Source: Bacteroidota bacterium
GTDB lineage: Bacteria; Bacteroidota; Bacteroidia; NORP154
Length of the DNA: 64,000 nt
NCBI GenBank assembly: GCA_043811005.1
Contig: JBDRNO010000171.1
Span: forward strand, 227-64,226
Reading direction: 5' to 3'
Positions 55,282 to 64,000 of the stretch are shown here, piece by piece (within the stretch, counting starts at the first letter, position 1; each line of letters begins with the position of its first letter). A program made the translations under genes and the position numbers. The notes beneath the pieces are model-generated. The model did not search any database. It saw only the letters and a list, made by a program, of their open reading frames with translations, and had not been told where the DNA came from.

Positions 55282-58200
55282 ATGAAAAGAAAACTTATCC
55301 AACTCGCTTTTATCCTTACAGGAATACCTGCCATAGGATTTGCCCAACCGGTAATTTCGGTTGACCCTGGTTCCTTTAATGTTAATTTAAACTGCGGGGA
55401 TACAACTACCCAGGGTTTAACCATTTATAATACAGGTACAGATACTTTGTTTTTCGTATCTTTCTATCCTTATTGTTATATCGGTAACTCAAATGGTAGC
55501 GATGTTACTGTTCTTGATATGACCAGCAATGCAATGACTGGAAGTTCTATAAATGTAAGTGGCTGGCCTTATTTGCTTGCCATGACTCCTGACAATCAGT
55601 ATGTTTATGTTGCAGATTATGATAATATTGTTAGTGTAATCCGAACTTTGGATAATACATTGGTAAGTTCTATCCCTGTTGGTAACTATCCTTATGGTAT
55701 AGACATCACTCCTGATGGAAGCCATGCTTATGTAACTTGTAAAGATGATAACAGTGTAATGGTTATTGATTGTGGCACAAATACTGTTGTTGATACAATC
55801 TCACAAAATTTATCTGCTCCGAGAGGTATTAAGATTACTCCTGATGGAAAATATGCTTACGTGGCTAATGAAGGAGGAGGAGTAACTGTTATCGAAATTA
55901 GCACAAATACTTCTATAGCTTTTATTGGTGGCATCACATTTGGACATCAGATAGCCATTACTCCTGATGGCAAATATGTTTATGTTTCTGATGCTGATAA
56001 CAACTGGAATTGGGGATTTATACATGTAATATCAACTAAAACTAATACAATAATTAACACTATCCCTGGAAATGGAGGTTCGCCACATCCCAAAGGTTTA
56101 GATGTTACTCCTGATGGTAAATATGTATATGTAGCTGATTCGGATGGCAGGATTTATGTTATTGAAGTAAGCACACAAACAATAATAAACACAATTACAG
56201 ATCCGGGATTAAACGGACCCTGGGCATTAAGGATATCCCCTGATGGAAGATATGCTTTTGTTACTGACCGATGGGATGCAACATCTCTGGCAGTTATTGA
56301 CATTAGTACAAACACAGTTATTGATAATTTTTATTCAGGCGATGGCTCACGTGGCATAACTACTCCAAAAAAATATCCCTCCTGGCTTTCTCTTAATCCT
56401 TCATTAGATTATGTTTTAGCTGGTGATTCCTTAAAAATAGATGTATTTTTTGATGCTTCAGGTGTTCCTGCCGGCACCTATACTTATGACTTGACTATCT
56501 ATTCTAATGATACAACAAATTCTCTTATTTTAGTTCCTTGCTCATTAACAGTATCTGGAAATCCTGTATTAGTTTTATCAGATACCTGTCTGGATTATGA
56601 TACGGTGATGGAAGGAGGGATCTATCCCTTATCCTTGTGGATTATTAATACAGGATGTGACACTTTGTTTGTCACAAGTATGACAACATCAACAAGTGAT
56701 TTCAGCCCTGATACAAACGCTTTGGCGGTTTTACCTTATAGTTCTGAAGAAGTAATTGTTTATTTCACACCATCTACAACAGGTACATTAACGGATACGC
56801 TTGAAATATTCAGCAATGGAGGGGATACAACTATTTGTTTATCAGGTTTTGGAATTGATGCACCTCATATCTCCCTCAACCCCGAATCCTTTAATGTAGT
56901 ATTTAATAATTGTGATGATACTGCATCTTTTCCCTTAACTATTTATAATACAGGTGCGATCAATTTAGATTTCGATATTACAACTATGACATATTCCCCA
57001 CCCTTTAATTTTGCTTATATTGCCAATAGGAGTGATAACACTGTTACCGTTCTTGATGTAACTACCAATACTTTAGTAGGAGCACCCATTTCGGTTGGTG
57101 CCTTACCCTGGAGGGTGACCATAAAGCCCGATGCCAGGTATGTATATGTTTCTAACAGGGACGGGAACAGTATTTCGGTTATCAGGACTTCAGATAACAC
57201 AGTGACCACCACTATTCCCGTAGGGAACAGACCAACCGGTCTGGCATTCACACCTGATGGAAACTATGCCTATGTAGGTAACAGAAATAGCGATAATGTA
57301 ATGAAAATTGATTGCGGAACAAATACTGTTGTAAATACGATCACTACAAGCATTAGTGAACCGCAAGATATTGCTATTACCCCGGACGGAAAATATGCTT
57401 ATGTTGCAAATGCAGGCAGTGGCATAATAGTTATCGAAGTAGGTCCTGATACTGTTGTTGCTACTATCGGAGGAACATGGCTTGGTGACCATTTTATTGA
57501 TATTACCCCTGACGGGCAATATGTTTATGTTTCCCGGTCATGGAATGATGATGTGATTGTGATCAGCACAGCAACCAATTCCATTGTTGCAACTATCGGT
57601 GGCTTTGATGAACCACATGGTTTGGATATAACCCCTGATGGTAATTTTGTTTATGTACTAGATAAATGGAACGAACAGGTTGACATTATTGATGTCAACA
57701 CGAATTCTATAGTTTATTCAATTAACGATAGCAGGTTCGATAACGGCTGGGGACTGGCGATATCACCGTATGGAGATTATGCTTATGTTACAAATGCGTG
57801 GAATACACCATCTCTGATAATTATTGATATAAGCACAAATACGATTGTTGATGCTTTTTCACCTGGCAACGACCCGCGCGGAATAGCTACTTTATTCGGG
57901 GGTTTGCCATGGCTTGATGCAAGTATAACTTCCGGCAGCATTACCCCCGGAGATAGTACTACATTAAATATTTTGTTCGATGGCATAGATTTGAATGCCG
58001 GAACATATACCGGAGATATAATCATCAATTCCAACGACCCTTTATCACCTGCTGCCATCCCGTGCACTTTAACTGTTATCGGTACACCTGAAATTGTACT
58101 GTCTGACACCTGTCTTAACTTTGATACAACCTTTCAGTTCGGAACCAGCACAGAGACCTTGCGTATTTATAACACTGATTGTGGTAACCTAAGCGTCACA

Positions 58201-61200
58201 GACATTATCAGCATGGTAGGTGAGTTTAGTGTGGATACAACAACTTTTATTGTTTTACCAGATGACTCAGTTGATGTTATTATCTCATTTTCTCCATTAT
58301 CCACAGGCAGCTTTTCAGGAACCCTTAATATATTTAATAATGATATGGACACAACAGTTTGCCTGTCCGGTGAAGCAATTTTTCCCCCTATCATCTCTTT
58401 TATTCCTGATTCATATAATATTACAACTCCATGTAATACCTTAGTTACCGACACACTGGTTATATATAATACTGGGGCTGATAATCTTTTATTTGATCTG
58501 ATCCCGTGCAATCTCAATGGATCTCTTGATAATATTCTCGTTGCTTTAAATCAAAATTTCACTCCTGTAATAAATGCTATTCCCAGTAGGTATAATTTCT
58601 CAGATGGAGTAACCGGCACCTACATTAACGATGGAGGCGGTGATATGTATGATGGCGGAAATTACCTCAGGACCAACATTGGCGGTTCTTTTAATTATTC
58701 AGATAATTTAGTTGTCAGTAATACATGGCTTGGCTCGACCGGGAAATATTTTACCAGGAAATATACAGGTTTGTTTGTATTTGGCGCTGACATTAACGGG
58801 GTTGACTGGTTCGAGATATCCGGTAATTTAGGTGCAGATGGAAGTGGCAGTTCCGATGCATCAATCCTGACCGTGGATATGTGCGGAACCACCTACAAGG
58901 GTTTTGTAAAAAGAGTTTATAACGCTGGTGACCCGTCAGTGAATCACCTGATCATTGTTGAAGATAAACCGGGTATTGATCATAACTGGTCGTCCAATAC
59001 GGATGATGATCAGCACATGGTATTTAATCTAGCCACGACAACCCGGCTCTATCATTTATTATATGCTTCAAGCGGTGGGGGTTATATTGATGATAATGCC
59101 ACGTTGAATATTATGTCAGAATTCCTTAATGCAATAAATATTTTTCCCGATTGGTTATCATTATCACCTGAATCAGATACGATCATACCCGGGGATTCAA
59201 CAGTAGTTGATGTTCAATTTAACACAACTGGCTATACCGTAGGTCAGTATTCAACAAATATTTTCGTCAGTTCAAATGACCCGGTAAACCCGCTGGATAC
59301 AATACCTGTTGTATTAACTGTCACAGGTGCCTCTGAAATTACAATATCTGATACCTGCCTGTATTTGGATTCAATTATGGAATTCACCACTAATTCCGAA
59401 TCATTTTGGATCTTAAATACAGGCTGTGATACCTTGTTCATTACCGATGCCAATAATTCATTACCTGAATTTAGTTTAAGTGATACTGCTGGGTATATCA
59501 TGCCAGGTGATTCGACAGAAATTATTGTTACGTTTGCTCCTGTATCCGCAGGTTTTTTCATGGATAACATCAATATTTTCAGCAATGATGTGGATACATC
59601 TTTATGCCTATACGGCTATGCTTATTTATCTCCTTCAATATCTTTTAATCCAGATTCATTTGATGTTTTCGTTGCATGTGGGGATTCACTCATAGATTCA
59701 TTAACTATTTATAATACCGGCTTAAATGAACTGAATTGGAATATTGGATTTTCTGTTATAATTGGCGGTATTAGCGTGGATTCGTTATCAGGTGTTATTG
59801 CTGCTGGTGATTCAACAACTGTATATGTGGATTTTAACGCTTCAGGAATGAATGTAGGGACTTATGCAACTGATATCATTATCAATTCCAATGACCCTTT
59901 AAACCCGCTGGTTACAGTACCAATCCTTATGAATGTGACTGGCACCCCGGAAATTACGGTTTCTGATTCATGCTTATATTTGGATTCAATAATGCAATAT
60001 ACAATCAATACCAATTCATTCTGGATCTTAAACACCGGCTGTGATACCTTGTTCTTTACCGATGCCAATAATTCAATACCTGAATTTAGTTTAAGTGATA
60101 CAGCAGGATATATCATGCCAGGTGGTTCGACAGAAATTATTGTTACGTTTACTCCTGTATCCGTAGGCTTTTTTCAGGACACCATCAATATTTTCAGCAA
60201 TGATGTGGATACTTCAGTATGTTTGTTTGGTTATGCTTATCCGTCAGCTTCTATTTCATTTAATCCTGACACATTTGATGTTACTATCAATAGTTGTTGT
60301 GATTCTACAATATTACCACTTACAATTTACAATACCGGTGGTTCAGATTTAATTTACACTGCCTCTTCTGGATCCGGATCTGGTGGAGGTTCGTTAATGA
60401 CTTACTCTGAAACTTACACAAACGGTGCTTCCTATTGCCCCGGATCCCCGCAATTCGATAATTGGGTGTCTTTCAGAAGCCAGTTGGACACCAACCTAAA
60501 TAAGTTTACGAGTGTAACAATCAAGGGAAGTAATGATATGACAGGACGAACATGTACCGACCCGGTTAAGGTGATGCAGATGGCAGGATCCCTCAGGAAT
60601 AGTGTTGCAGGCACCTGGGCGGGTTGTGATGGTTATACCTGGATAGTTGCTATGGGTTGTGGTAGCGGATGCGGTGCTCCTGCCTCTCAAATTGTTGAAT
60701 TTAATGCAAACGGAACAACTTGTAACTGTGCCAGCCCTGGCTACGATCTAAGACCTGCGATTGCTAATAACAACTGGGGAGGTATAAACTCAACCTCTTG
60801 CGGTGCGCCAACTCAAACCATGATCGTAGAATTTGAATATATCAGTTGGTTGACTTTATCACAGACCGGGGAAGATACTATAGCGCCGGGAGATTCAGCC
60901 ATAGTTGATGTAACTTTCAAAAGTTGCGATTTAAATGCCGGTACTTATACAAGCACTATTGAAGTTACCTCCAATGATCCGATGAATAGCCCCTATACAA
61001 TCCCGGTAACATTTACAATAGATGCTCCGCCTCAAATTATCCTTTCAGACACATGCCTGTATCTGGATTCAATAATGGAATTTATCACCAATTCTGAATC
61101 ATTTTGGATACTAAACACCGGTTGTGATACCTTGTTCATTACCGATGCCAATAATTCATTACCAGAATTTAGTTTAAGTGATACAGCAGGATATATCATG

Positions 61201-64000
61201 CCCGGTGATTCGGTAGAGATTATTGTAACCTTTGCTCCGACATCTGCCGGTTTCTTCCAGGATACTGTTAATATATTAAGCAATGATGTGGATACTTCGG
61301 TATGTTTGTTTGGTTATGCTTTCCTTTCACCTGCTATTTCCTATGATCCTGACTCATTTGATGTTACAATAGCCGGTTGTTGTGATTCTTCAACCTATCC
61401 GTTAACAATATATAATACGGGCGGGGCAGATCTTGATTGGACTATCAGTATCTCATCCGGAATCGCTGATGATTTTGACCCCGGGATTGATCTTAGCCAG
61501 TGGACGGGCTTAACCGGTTGGGCAAGCGCAAACTGCGGCTCGGTGAGCGGTAATGCATTGTATTTTGATGATAATGGTATAAGACAGGCAGAGACAATTG
61601 ACCTTAATGTGGTAGGTGTCAGTACGGTTGATTTTTATCTTAAAATTGCAACTGGCAGTGCACCTTGTGAAAATGCAGATGCCGGAGAAGACGTTGTGCT
61701 GGAATATTCTACTAATGGCGGAGGAAGCTGGACAATTATAAACACATATCTGGAAAGTGTTTATCCTAACTTCACGTTGATAAATGAACCGATTCCTGCT
61801 CCGGCTAAAACCACTTCAACAAGATTCCGCTGGAGACAACTCTTTCATAGCGGTAATTGTTGTGACCATTGGGCTATTGATAATATCTCTATTGGTTCTA
61901 CGGTAGTATATTTAACTGTTGATCCTGATACAGGGACAATAATACCAGGAGATTCAACAATTATTAATGTACAATTTAACACTTGCGGATTAACAACCGG
62001 CACATATTTCTCTGATATAGTAATCAATTCAAATGATCCCTTGAGCCCCCAGGAAATCATACCCGCGGTATTTACTGTTCAGGGTGTTCCTGAAATAATA
62101 TTATCCGATACATGTTTATACCTGGATTCAATAATGGAGTTTACAACTAATTCCAGCACTCTATTGATCTCTAATAACGGTTGCGATACACTGTTTGTCA
62201 GTAATATAACAAATACACTTCCTGAATACAGCGTTGATATTACTTCCTTCACCCTTTTACCTGGCGGGTCACAACCTGTTGTTGTTACATTTGCTCCCAC
62301 ATCTGTTGGCTTTTTCCAGGATACAATTGTTATTTATAACAATGATGCCGATACTACAGTATGCTTATCCGGTTATGGCTATGTCATGCCTGAAATTTCC
62401 GTTGATCCTGCCTCATTTAGTGATACAATAGCATATTGTGTCGATTCTATCACATTTCCTATGACCATTTACAATACCGGAGGCAGCGACCTGATCTTTG
62501 ATATAGATACCGGGGGATATTATGCAACGTTTGATGGAGTCAATGATTACATTCGTGTTAGTAACAATTACAGCGGATTGAGTGTAGTTACACTGGAGAC
62601 ATGGATATATCCTACCAATACGACAGGCTTGCACTGGATATTAAGTAATGCAAGAGACTGCTGTACACCAACAGGAGGATTTAATTTTTATATGAACGGA
62701 ACAAACCTGCAGGGATCAGTATGGAGAAGTACGAGCAGTACTTTGATCTCTGTTTCTGCTGGCGGGGTGCTTTCTATTAACACCTGGCAGCACGTAGCTT
62801 TGGTGTATGATGGTACCAAAATCGAACTATTTCTCAATGGAAACCTTGTTGCTACATCCGCAATTTCTGGTTTATCTGCAGTTCAGAATGGTTCGCAAAA
62901 TTTACATATGGGTGTTCTGGCATTCAGCGCACCATCTTATTATGATTACCAAGGGTATATGGATAATGTAAGAATTTGGAATATCGTAAGAAACCAATCG
63001 GAGATCAATGCCAACATGAATATTGGGCTAAGTGGAAATGAACCCGGATTAATAAGTTACTGGGATTTTGATGACCAAACTGCAAATGATCAAAGCCCAA
63101 ATGGAAATGACGGTACATTTTTTGGAAATGCCACCACAACCATAGGAGGACCTTTCACAGATTTGTTCACTGGTTCTTTGATTACGAATACAGTACCTGC
63201 CGGAGATTCATCGGTTGTGGATGTATTTATTGACATGTCATCCCTGAATTCGGGATTATATGTTGATACCATTGAGATAAACTCAAATGATCCTCTGAAT
63301 TCCCCGGTCATAGTGCCGATTTTGATTGATTATATTGGCGCTCCGGAGATAGCTTTATCTGATACATGCATAAATTCTGATACGATCTTCCAATGGGCAT
63401 CAACCACGGATAGTCTTTACATAGGGAATACTGGATGCGATACCTTATTCGTTACCGATATCGTTTCTTCTTCAGCAGAATTTACTGTGGATATAACTAC
63501 ACTGCCAATCATGCCCGGAGACTCATCGCTGGTTATAATCACATTTAGCCCGGTTACCCCGGGCAGCTATTCCGAAACACTGACAATATTTAATAATGAT
63601 ATTGATACAACGATTTGCCTGACAGGATTTGCCTTAAGTCCTCCGATAATATCTTATAATCCTGACTCTTTTAATGTATTATTTACAACATGTGCCGATT
63701 CAGTGACACTTCCTCTAACTGTTTATAATAGCGGTACCGAAGATCTGATTTTTGATGTCGGTAATGGATATTCTACATCTTTGGACGGAGTGAATAGTCA
63801 TGTGGATTGCGGGAATAATGCCATTTTCCAGATTCCTCAAGGAACTATTGAAGCATGGTTTAGAACTAATAGTACATCAGTACAGTTTGCTGCAGGCGTT
63901 CCTTATGATGATGGGTCTGCATGGGACAACCCATGGGTTGGCTTTCAGATTGGAACAAGCTCCAATCAAGGACGATTTTGGTTAAATGTCAATGGTAGTG
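55282..64000 (+). CDS. Third giant mosaic surface protein (more than 2,906 aa); 3' end beyond the window
   Basis: Missing from the ORF track because it is open-ended. The ATG at 55282 gives MKRKLIQLAFILTGIPAIGFAQPVISVDPGSFNVNL. I checked the frame (position = 1 mod 3) at 58621, 61468, 62518 and 63961, and found no stop through 64000. Confidence 0.9.
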   Translation, partial: MKRKLIQLAFILTGIPAIGFAQPVISVDPGSFNVNLNCGDTTTQGLTIYNTGTDTLFFVSFYPYCYIGNSNGSDVTVLDMTSNAMTGSSINVSGWPYLLAMTPDNQYVYVADYDNIVSVIRTLDNTLVSSIPVGNYPYGIDITPDGSHAYVTCKDDNSVMVIDCGTNTVVDTISQNLSAPRGIKITPDGKYAYVANEGGGVTVIEISTNTSIAFIGGITFGHQIAITPDGKYVYVSDADNNWNWGFIHVISTKTNTIINTIPGNGGSPHPKGLDVTPDGKYVYVADSDGRIYVIEVSTQTIINTITDPGLNGPWALRISPDGRYAFVTDRWDATSLAVIDISTNTVIDNFYSGDGSRGITTPKKYPSWLSLNPSLDYVLAGDSLKIDVFFDASGVPAGTYTYDLTIYSNDTTNSLILVPCSLTVSGNPVLVLSDTCLDYDTVMEGGIYPLSLWIINTGCDTLFVTSMTTSTSDFSPDTNALAVLPYSSEEVIVYFTPSTTGTLTDTLEIFSNGGDTTICLSGFGIDAPHISLNPESFNVVFNNCDDTASFPLTIYNTGAINLDFDITTMTYSPPFNFAYIANRSDNTVTVLDVTTNTLVGAPISVGALPWRVTIKPDARYVYVSNRDGNSISVIRTSDNTVTTTIPVGNRPTGLAFTPDGNYAYVGNRNSDNVMKIDCGTNTVVNTITTSISEPQDIAITPDGKYAYVANAGSGIIVIEVGPDTVVATIGGTWLGDHFIDITPDGQYVYVSRSWNDDVIVISTATNSIVATIGGFDEPHGLDITPDGNFVYVLDKWNEQVDIIDVNTNSIVYSINDSRFDNGWGLAISPYGDYAYVTNAWNTPSLIIIDISTNTIVDAFSPGNDPRGIATLFGGLPWLDASITSGSITPGDSTTLNILFDGIDLNAGTYTGDIIINSNDPLSPAAIPCTLTVIGTPEIVLSDTCLNFDTTFQFGTSTETLRIYNTDCGNLSVTDIISMVGEFSVDTTTFIVLPDDSVDVIISFSPLSTGSFSGTLNIFNNDMDTTVCLSGEAIFPPIISFIPDSYNITTPCNTLVTDTLVIYNTGADNLLFDLIPCNLNGSLDNILVALNQNFTPVINAIPSRYNFSDGVTGTYINDGGGDMYDGGNYLRTNIGGSFNYSDNLVVSNTWLGSTGKYFTRKYTGLFVFGADINGVDWFEISGNLGADGSGSSDASILTVDMCGTTYKGFVKRVYNAGDPSVNHLIIVEDKPGIDHNWSSNTDDDQHMVFNLATTTRLYHLLYASSGGGYIDDNATLNIMSEFLNAINIFPDWLSLSPESDTIIPGDSTVVDVQFNTTGYTVGQYSTNIFVSSNDPVNPLDTIPVVLTVTGASEITISDTCLYLDSIMEFTTNSESFWILNTGCDTLFITDANNSLPEFSLSDTAGYIMPGDSTEIIVTFAPVSAGFFMDNINIFSNDVDTSLCLYGYAYLSPSISFNPDSFDVFVACGDSLIDSLTIYNTGLNELNWNIGFSVIIGGISVDSLSGVIAAGDSTTVYVDFNASGMNVGTYATDIIINSNDPLNPLVTVPILMNVTGTPEITVSDSCLYLDSIMQYTINTNSFWILNTGCDTLFFTDANNSIPEFSLSDTAGYIMPGGSTEIIVTFTPVSVGFFQDTINIFSNDVDTSVCLFGYAYPSASISFNPDTFDVTINSCCDSTILPLTIYNTGGSDLIYTASSGSGSGGGSLMTYSETYTNGASYCPGSPQFDNWVSFRSQLDTNLNKFTSVTIKGSNDMTGRTCTDPVKVMQMAGSLRNSVAGTWAGCDGYTWIVAMGCGSGCGAPASQIVEFNANGTTCNCASPGYDLRPAIANNNWGGINSTSCGAPTQTMIVEFEYISWLTLSQTGEDTIAPGDSAIVDVTFKSCDLNAGTYTSTIEVTSNDPMNSPYTIPVTFTIDAPPQIILSDTCLYLDSIMEFITNSESFWILNTGCDTLFITDANNSLPEFSLSDTAGYIMPGDSVEIIVTFAPTSAGFFQDTVNILSNDVDTSVCLFGYAFLSPAISYDPDSFDVTIAGCCDSSTYPLTIYNTGGADLDWTISISSGIADDFDPGIDLSQWTGLTGWASANCGSVSGNALYFDDNGIRQAETIDLNVVGVSTVDFYLKIATGSAPCENADAGEDVVLEYSTNGGGSWTIINTYLESVYPNFTLINEPIPAPAKTTSTRFRWRQLFHSGNCCDHWAIDNISIGSTVVYLTVDPDTGTIIPGDSTIINVQFNTCGLTTGTYFSDIVINSNDPLSPQEIIPAVFTVQGVPEIILSDTCLYLDSIMEFTTNSSTLLISNNGCDTLFVSNITNTLPEYSVDITSFTLLPGGSQPVVVTFAPTSVGFFQDTIVIYNNDADTTVCLSGYGYVMPEISVDPASFSDTIAYCVDSITFPMTIYNTGGSDLIFDIDTGGYYATFDGVNDYIRVSNNYSGLSVVTLETWIYPTNTTGLHWILSNARDCCTPTGGFNFYMNGTNLQGSVWRSTSSTLISVSAGGVLSINTWQHVALVYDGTKIELFLNGNLVATSAISGLSAVQNGSQNLHMGVLAFSAPSYYDYQGYMDNVRIWNIVRNQSEINANMNIGLSGNEPGLISYWDFDDQTANDQSPNGNDGTFFGNATTTIGGPFTDLFTGSLITNTVPAGDSSVVDVFIDMSSLNSGLYVDTIEINSNDPLNSPVIVPILIDYIGAPEIALSDTCINSDTIFQWASTTDSLYIGNTGCDTLFVTDIVSSSAEFTVDITTLPIMPGDSSLVIITFSPVTPGSYSETLTIFNNDIDTTICLTGFALSPPIISYNPDSFNVLFTTCADSVTLPLTVYNSGTEDLIFDVGNGYSTSLDGVNSHVDCGNNAIFQIPQGTIEAWFRTNSTSVQFAAGVPYDDGSAWDNPWVGFQIGTSSNQGRFWLNVNGS
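55470..56365 (+). other. YVTN-family beta-propeller 1 (gene 3)
   Basis: YCYIGNSNGSDVTVLDMTSNAMTGSSINVSGWPYLLAMTPDNQYVYVADYDNIVSVI...PYGIDITPDGSHAYVTCKDDNSVMVID... Confidence 0.8.
57010..57900 (+). other. YVTN-family beta-propeller 2 (gene 3)
   Basis: FAYIANRSDNTVTVLDVTTNTLVGAPISVGALPWRVTIKPDARYVYVSNRDGNSISVI...PTGLAFTPDGNYAYVGNRNSDNVMKID... Confidence 0.8.
58521..59140 (+). other. Unassigned DGGGDMYD-GNYL domain, copy in gene 3
   Basis: LDNILVALNQNFTPVINAIPSRYNFSDGVTGTYINDGGGDMYDGGNYLRTNIGGSFNYSDNLVVSNTWLGSTGKYFTRKYTGLFVFGADINGVDWFEISGNLGADGSGSSD...VKRVYNAGDPSVNHLIIVED...DDDQHMVFNL... Confidence 0.6.
60397..60852 (+). other. Unassigned Cys-rich CGSGCGAP domain, copy in gene 3
   Basis: MTYSETYTNGASYCPGSPQFDNWVSFRSQLDTNLNKFTSVTIKGSNDMTGRTCTDPVKVMQMAGSLRNSVAGTWAGCDGYTWIVAMGCGSGCGAPASQIVEFNANGTTCNCASPGYDLRPAIANNNWGGINSTSCGAPTQTMIVEFEY. 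Confidence 0.6.
61463..61897 (+). other. Reelin-subrepeat-like beta-sandwich domain (gene 3, tentative)
   Basis: ADDFDPGIDLSQWTG...CGSVSGNALYFDDNGIRQAETIDL...VDFYLKIATGSAPCENADAGEDVVLEYSTNGGGSWTII...PAKTTSTRFRWRQLFHSGNCCDHWAIDNISIGS. Confidence 0.5.
62518..63150 (+). other. Laminin-G_3 / concanavalin-A-like lectin domain 1
   Basis: YYATFDGVNDYIRVSNNYSGLSVVTLETWIYP...INTWQHVALVYDGTKIELFLNGNLVAT...YQGYMDNVRIWNIVRNQSEINANM...GLISYWDFDD. Confidence 0.8.
63767..64000 (+). other. Laminin-G_3-like domain 2 (truncated by the window end)
   Basis: GYSTSLDGVNSHVDCGNNAIFQIPQGTIEAWFRTNSTS...; same opening pattern as domain 1. Confidence 0.55.

Noticed and set aside
6012-63985. Dozens of 60-176-aa ORFs inside the giant genes, mostly antisense (for example 26764..27153, 30382..30912, 51861..52250, 12577..12915)
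   Set aside because: They recur with the same period as the sense-strand repeats (for example 21730, 22933 and 24145), have no start context, and sit entirely within frames that code for recognisable domains. They are a by-product of repeat DNA that has few antisense stop codons.

Overview
AT-rich window that looks like Bacteroidota, judged from T9SS type-A C-terminal sorting domains and TAnnTTTG-like promoter boxes. About 57 of the 64 kb is taken up by three head-to-tail giant genes on the + strand. They encode 9,174 aa (5954..33478), 6,939 aa (33976..54795) and more than 2,906 aa (55282..>64000, open at the window end and missing from the ORF track). All three start with near-identical signal peptides. 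The first two end in T9SS sorting domains followed by near-identical terminator hairpins.

The proteins are mosaics built on a reiterated beta-sandwich scaffold of about 200 aa. The scaffold carries varied globular domains: six YVTN beta-propellers, four GEVED domains, LamG/ConA-like and MAM-like jelly rolls, reelin-subrepeat-like domains, GATase1-like domains, and three domain types I cannot assign. In addition, genes 1 and 2 together hold 98 copies of an ~80-aa two-cysteine Ig-like repeat.

The DNA shows recent duplication at several scales: higher-order repeats of 1203, 1206, 1533 and 1674 bp, a 3770-bp intragenic duplication, and an inter-gene colinear block of about 5.2 kb that extends past the stop codon.

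Two minus-strand genes lie upstream, diverging from gene 1. One is a TPR + PD40 (TolB-like) protein whose C-terminal half is a ~550-aa Lys/Ala/Glu helical repeat resembling TolA domain II. The other is an exported WD40 + caspase-like (peptidase C14) protein, open at position 1 and also missing from the ORF track.

I saw no rRNA, tRNA, CRISPR array, transposase or integrase. All domain names come from motif recognition by eye, not from searches.
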